A stretch of 64,000 bases of DNA from Polyangiales bacterium (GTDB lineage: Bacteria > Myxococcota_A > Polyangia > Polyangiales > Ga0077539): positions 1-64,000 of the forward strand of contig JBGARZ010000013.1 in the NCBI GenBank assembly GCA_044229975.1, given 5' to 3'. A model generated the notes under the pieces. That model was not told the DNA's origin and made no database searches. It was given only the letters and a program-made list of their open reading frames with translations. The position numbers were made by a program, and so were the translations under genes. Positions within the stretch are counted from its first letter, which is position 1. The number at the start of each line of letters is the position of its first letter. Below, piece after piece: positions 61,701 to 64,000 of the stretch.

Positions 61701-63552
61701 CACGGGCCTCGGCCTGGAGGTGCTGGTGCTGCGCGGATCGACCCCCGACGGACGCCGCGTTGCGGGCCGTTGGACGGCGCCGAGCGGTCACGGCGGAGCG
61801 CTCGCCATCGGCGACCCCGACCCGACGCCGGTGCGCCCGGTGGGTGCGTACGAACGACGGGTGTTCGACGCGCGTCGGCGCGGTGGCTTCGTCCCGCACG
61901 AGCTCTTCCGCGTGCTGGCGCGCGAGGACGCCGACGGTCCGCTGCCTCCCGGTCGCTTCGTCGAGCTCGACCTCGACGCCTCGGGCGCGCTCGTGGCCGT
62001 CGATCGCGGCCGCGGCGAAAACACCGCCAACCTGCTCGTGGGCCGCGTGGTCAACCGCTATGCGCCCTTCGAGGACGGCCTCACGCGCGTTCTCATCGTC
62101 GGCGACCCGGGTCGCGCGATGGGCTCGCTCGCCGAGCCCGAGTGCCGTCGCATCGTGGCGGCGTTTGATCTCGCAGAGCGCGAGGGCCTGCCCGTCGAGT
62201 GGATCCCGGTGTCGTCGGGCGCGAAGATCGCCATGGACAGCGGCACCGAGAACCTCGACTGGACCGCGCGGGTGCTCGCTCGCATCGTCCACTTCACGCA
62301 GCGCGGCGGCACCGTGCACGTGCTCGTCGACGGCGTGTGCGTCGGCGCGCAGAGCTACTGGAACGCCGAAGCCACCATGCTCCAGCACTGCCGCGGCGCG
62401 CTGTTGATGACGCCCCGCGGGGCGATGCTGCTGACGGGCAAGCGCGCGCTGGAGCTCGCCGGGTCGGTGTCAGCGGAGGACAACCTCGCCATTGGCGGCT
62501 TCGAGCGGGTGATGGGCCCCAACGGCGAGGCGCAGTACTTCGCGGCCGACATCGTGTCGGCCTACCGAACGCTCTTCCGCCTCTACACCTTCACGCACGT
62601 GATGCCCGGAGAGCGATCGCCGCGCCGGCTCACGACGAGTGATCCGGTGACGCGAGACTTTGGTACGGCGCCGTACGAACCCGCGGCCGACGGGTTTACG
62701 CGGGTGGGAGAGATCTTCGACGAGGCGAGCAACCCGGGGCGCAAGCGACCGTTCGCGATTCGCCCGGTGCTGCGTGCGGTGCTCGATCAGGACCACGAGC
62801 CGCTGGAGCGCTGGGCCCCGATGGAGGGCGCCGAGAGCGCGGTGGTGTTCGACGGCTCGCTCGGTGGGGTTCCGGTGACGTGCATCGGCGTGGAGTCGCG
62901 GCCGGTGCGACGGCGCGGAGAAGCGGCGCCCGATGGTCCGTCGCAGTGGACGGCGGGGACGCTGTTTCCGCTGTCGTCGAAGAAGGTGGCGCGCGCGCTC
63001 AACGCGGCGTCGGGCGTGCGGCCCGCGGTGGTGCTGGCCAACCTGTCGGGCTTCGACGGGTCGCCGGAGTCGCTGCGCGAGTTGCAGCTGGAGTACGGCG
63101 CGGAGATCGGGCGCGCGGTGGTGAACTTCCGCGGGCGGCTGATCTTCTGCGTGATCTCGCGCTACCACGGCGGGGCGTACGTGGTGTTCTCGCGGGCGCT
63201 CAACGAGGGGTTGGATGCGATGGCGCTGTCGGGCTCGTACGCGAGCGTGATCGGCGGGGCGCCGGCGGCGGAGGTGGTGTTCCCGGGCGTGGTGCGGAAG
63301 AGGGCGGCGGCCGATCGGGACGTGGTGGCGGCGCGGGCGCTGCTGGAGGTGGGGACGGACGCCGAGCAGGCCGCGGCGCTGCTGCGCTACGAGCAGGCGC
63401 TGAAGGAGGCGACGATGCGCGAGCGGGCCGCGGTGGCGCGCGAGTTCGACGCGGTGCACACGGTGGAGCGCGCGAGGGACGTCGGGTCGATCGGCGCGAT
63501 CGTGGGCGCGGCGGGGCTGCGCGAGGAGCTGGCGCGGCGCATCGGGGGGTGA
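58717..63552 (+). CDS. Single-chain multidomain acyl-CoA carboxylase (biotin carboxylase-BCCP-carboxyltransferase)
   Basis: NRAEAA, WPGWGFLSEN, GGGGRGIR, RDCSMQRRHQK, EMNTRLQVEH; EVMKME; SSGAKIAMDSG, LANLSGFDGSPES. Confidence 0.92.
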   Translation: MTHRPFRRVGVVNRAEAATRFLRGARAWSLLHDLPLEVVAFYTDPDAGAPFVRDADAEVALGPAMVAAPDGRRRSAYLDIPTIVARLVESGCDAVWPGWGFLSENPAFVDAVTAAGIVFIGPPAEAMRRLGDKIAAKRLAEANGVPVTPWSHGPVADAAEAKRHAERIGYPVLVKAVAGGGGRGIRVVTDPTQLEAAFRSASDEARAAFGDASLLVEALLPEARHVEVQVLADAHGNVHAVGTRDCSMQRRHQKVIEEGPAPLLPAATLDGVCRSAVAVARASGYVNAGTAEFLVTPDGERFVFLEMNTRLQVEHPVTECTTGLDLVGAQIDVAMGARIESTPPTRGHAIEVRLNAEDPEHNFAPSAGRLHRFDLPHGPGVRVDSGFEAGGTVPTEFDSMLAKLIVTGATRDEALARLADALTRTTIAIEGGASNRALLLDLVRSPEFRRGPVTTRWLDRWVNERPSGLDRAGAAVALVAGAIIECEHVRRRHVVNFLRQARGSGVPTSAPVSEPRGVRFTVDGTSVALEVATIGPRRFRVSDGSGAVEARFEFTDRSTGTLTVAGRRHRVVVVRSARELSIEVDGVAHSLRRASDGRVVAPLPAVVAGVDVKAGESVTAGQRLATLEVMKMEFAVESPVDGVVTRVLVDQGVHVSAGDAIAFVVAARDSMSIAAPDVLKPVAGRRPADDWGDPVAVLRGTLLGYELPAPAVTAALAALRDHGATFPLARLLDLLEVHVAREALFDRALLADGTAAVDAFAEYLRLPVRDGLVEGFEPLLVRALACYEVRSLAVTPILESALLRIAQARRARDDHGVILLAALSALDRLADAGATDDTARALFERLSTLEAARNPRLADAAWTAAYLLCDRVDHVDPTPLAPGPELHEELGRLSLFDLTWIPSATGARVALARAHSDPGDARLIGFVQLQRLPAPGEDLDRCYLETVHTLRRTVSAPEQLGVKLGGARLLVAFNDPLPTDRGPFEEAARALAAPATGLGLEVLVLRGSTPDGRRVAGRWTAPSGHGGALAIGDPDPTPVRPVGAYERRVFDARRRGGFVPHELFRVLAREDADGPLPPGRFVELDLDASGALVAVDRGRGENTANLLVGRVVNRYAPFEDGLTRVLIVGDPGRAMGSLAEPECRRIVAAFDLAEREGLPVEWIPVSSGAKIAMDSGTENLDWTARVLARIVHFTQRGGTVHVLVDGVCVGAQSYWNAEATMLQHCRGALLMTPRGAMLLTGKRALELAGSVSAEDNLAIGGFERVMGPNGEAQYFAADIVSAYRTLFRLYTFTHVMPGERSPRRLTTSDPVTRDFGTAPYEPAADGFTRVGEIFDEASNPGRKRPFAIRPVLRAVLDQDHEPLERWAPMEGAESAVVFDGSLGGVPVTCIGVESRPVRRRGEAAPDGPSQWTAGTLFPLSSKKVARALNAASGVRPAVVLANLSGFDGSPESLRELQLEYGAEIGRAVVNFRGRLIFCVISRYHGGAYVVFSRALNEGLDAMALSGSYASVIGGAPAAEVVFPGVVRKRAAADRDVVAARALLEVGTDAEQAAALLRYEQALKEATMRERAAVAREFDAVHTVERARDVGSIGAIVGAAGLREELARRIGG

Positions 63553-63885
63553 TGAAGGGTGGAGGAGCGGAGCACGCTGAGACGGCACCCTTCTCGGAAA
63601 GGCCACCCGGCCGATGGGTCCAACGATACGCCCTTGTCGGCGCGAGTCCGCGCGGGTTTTCAGACCGCCTTCTTGCGCGTGGTTCCCACCTCGTGGCCGC
63701 TCCCAGAGCTCCCTAACATCGCCCGGGCGACCATCACGCTGACGCGATCTGCAAAGCCCTACGTGGCTCGGCATGGATCGTGACGAGTTCGCCGCGCTAG
63801 TGACCCTGTTGGTCGGGCTGACTCAACGCGAATCCGATTGTGTTGTGGTTTAGGATGCGTGACGTTGGCTACACGTGATGCCGTC

Positions 63886-64000
63886 ATGAACTCCCGGCCC
63901 CCGTCATCGCCGCTTGATGCCCTGAACGCGGTTTGTCCGTACTACACGATGTTTCCACTCTCGTTTCCGCTGCGACAGCTTCGCAACGCCAAACGGAATG
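63886..64000 (+). CDS. Probable DNA methyltransferase, N-terminus only (runs off window)
   Basis: MNSRPPSSPLDALNAVCPYYTMFPLSFPLRQL resembles the segment preceding DPFxG in N4/N6 methylases; region is lower in GC. Confidence 0.55.
   Translation, partial: MNSRPPSSPLDALNAVCPYYTMFPLSFPLRQLRNAKRN

Overview
Very GC-rich bacterial DNA, most likely Myxococcota: it has a MYXO-CTERM-like sorting tail, Cys-rich lipoproteins and a myxobacterial-type pfa cluster. 1-15 kb holds cell-surface genes (MYXO-CTERM protein, 1534-aa Cys-repeat lipoprotein, OmpA/TSP3 operon). 15-41 kb is mostly housekeeping and metabolism (hutF, rpsF-rpsR-rplI with a likely S6:S18 leader, fatty-acid hydroxylase, rtcB, frmA-fghA, selD, glpD, msrA), plus an orphan hcp and a decayed XhoI/PaeR7I-type restriction-modification pair. 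41.6-63.6 kb is a pfa1-pfa2-pfa3 PUFA-synthase cluster followed co-directionally by a single-chain biotin carboxylase-BCCP-carboxyltransferase. A lower-GC DNA-methyltransferase start lies at the right edge. Notable non-coding signals: four ~240-260 bp long-inverted-repeat (REPIN/MITE-like) elements, a palindrome inserted in frame in pfa3, G-rich to C-rich skew flips at such sites, and apparent CTCGAG avoidance. All calls come from reading motifs by eye; no searches were run.
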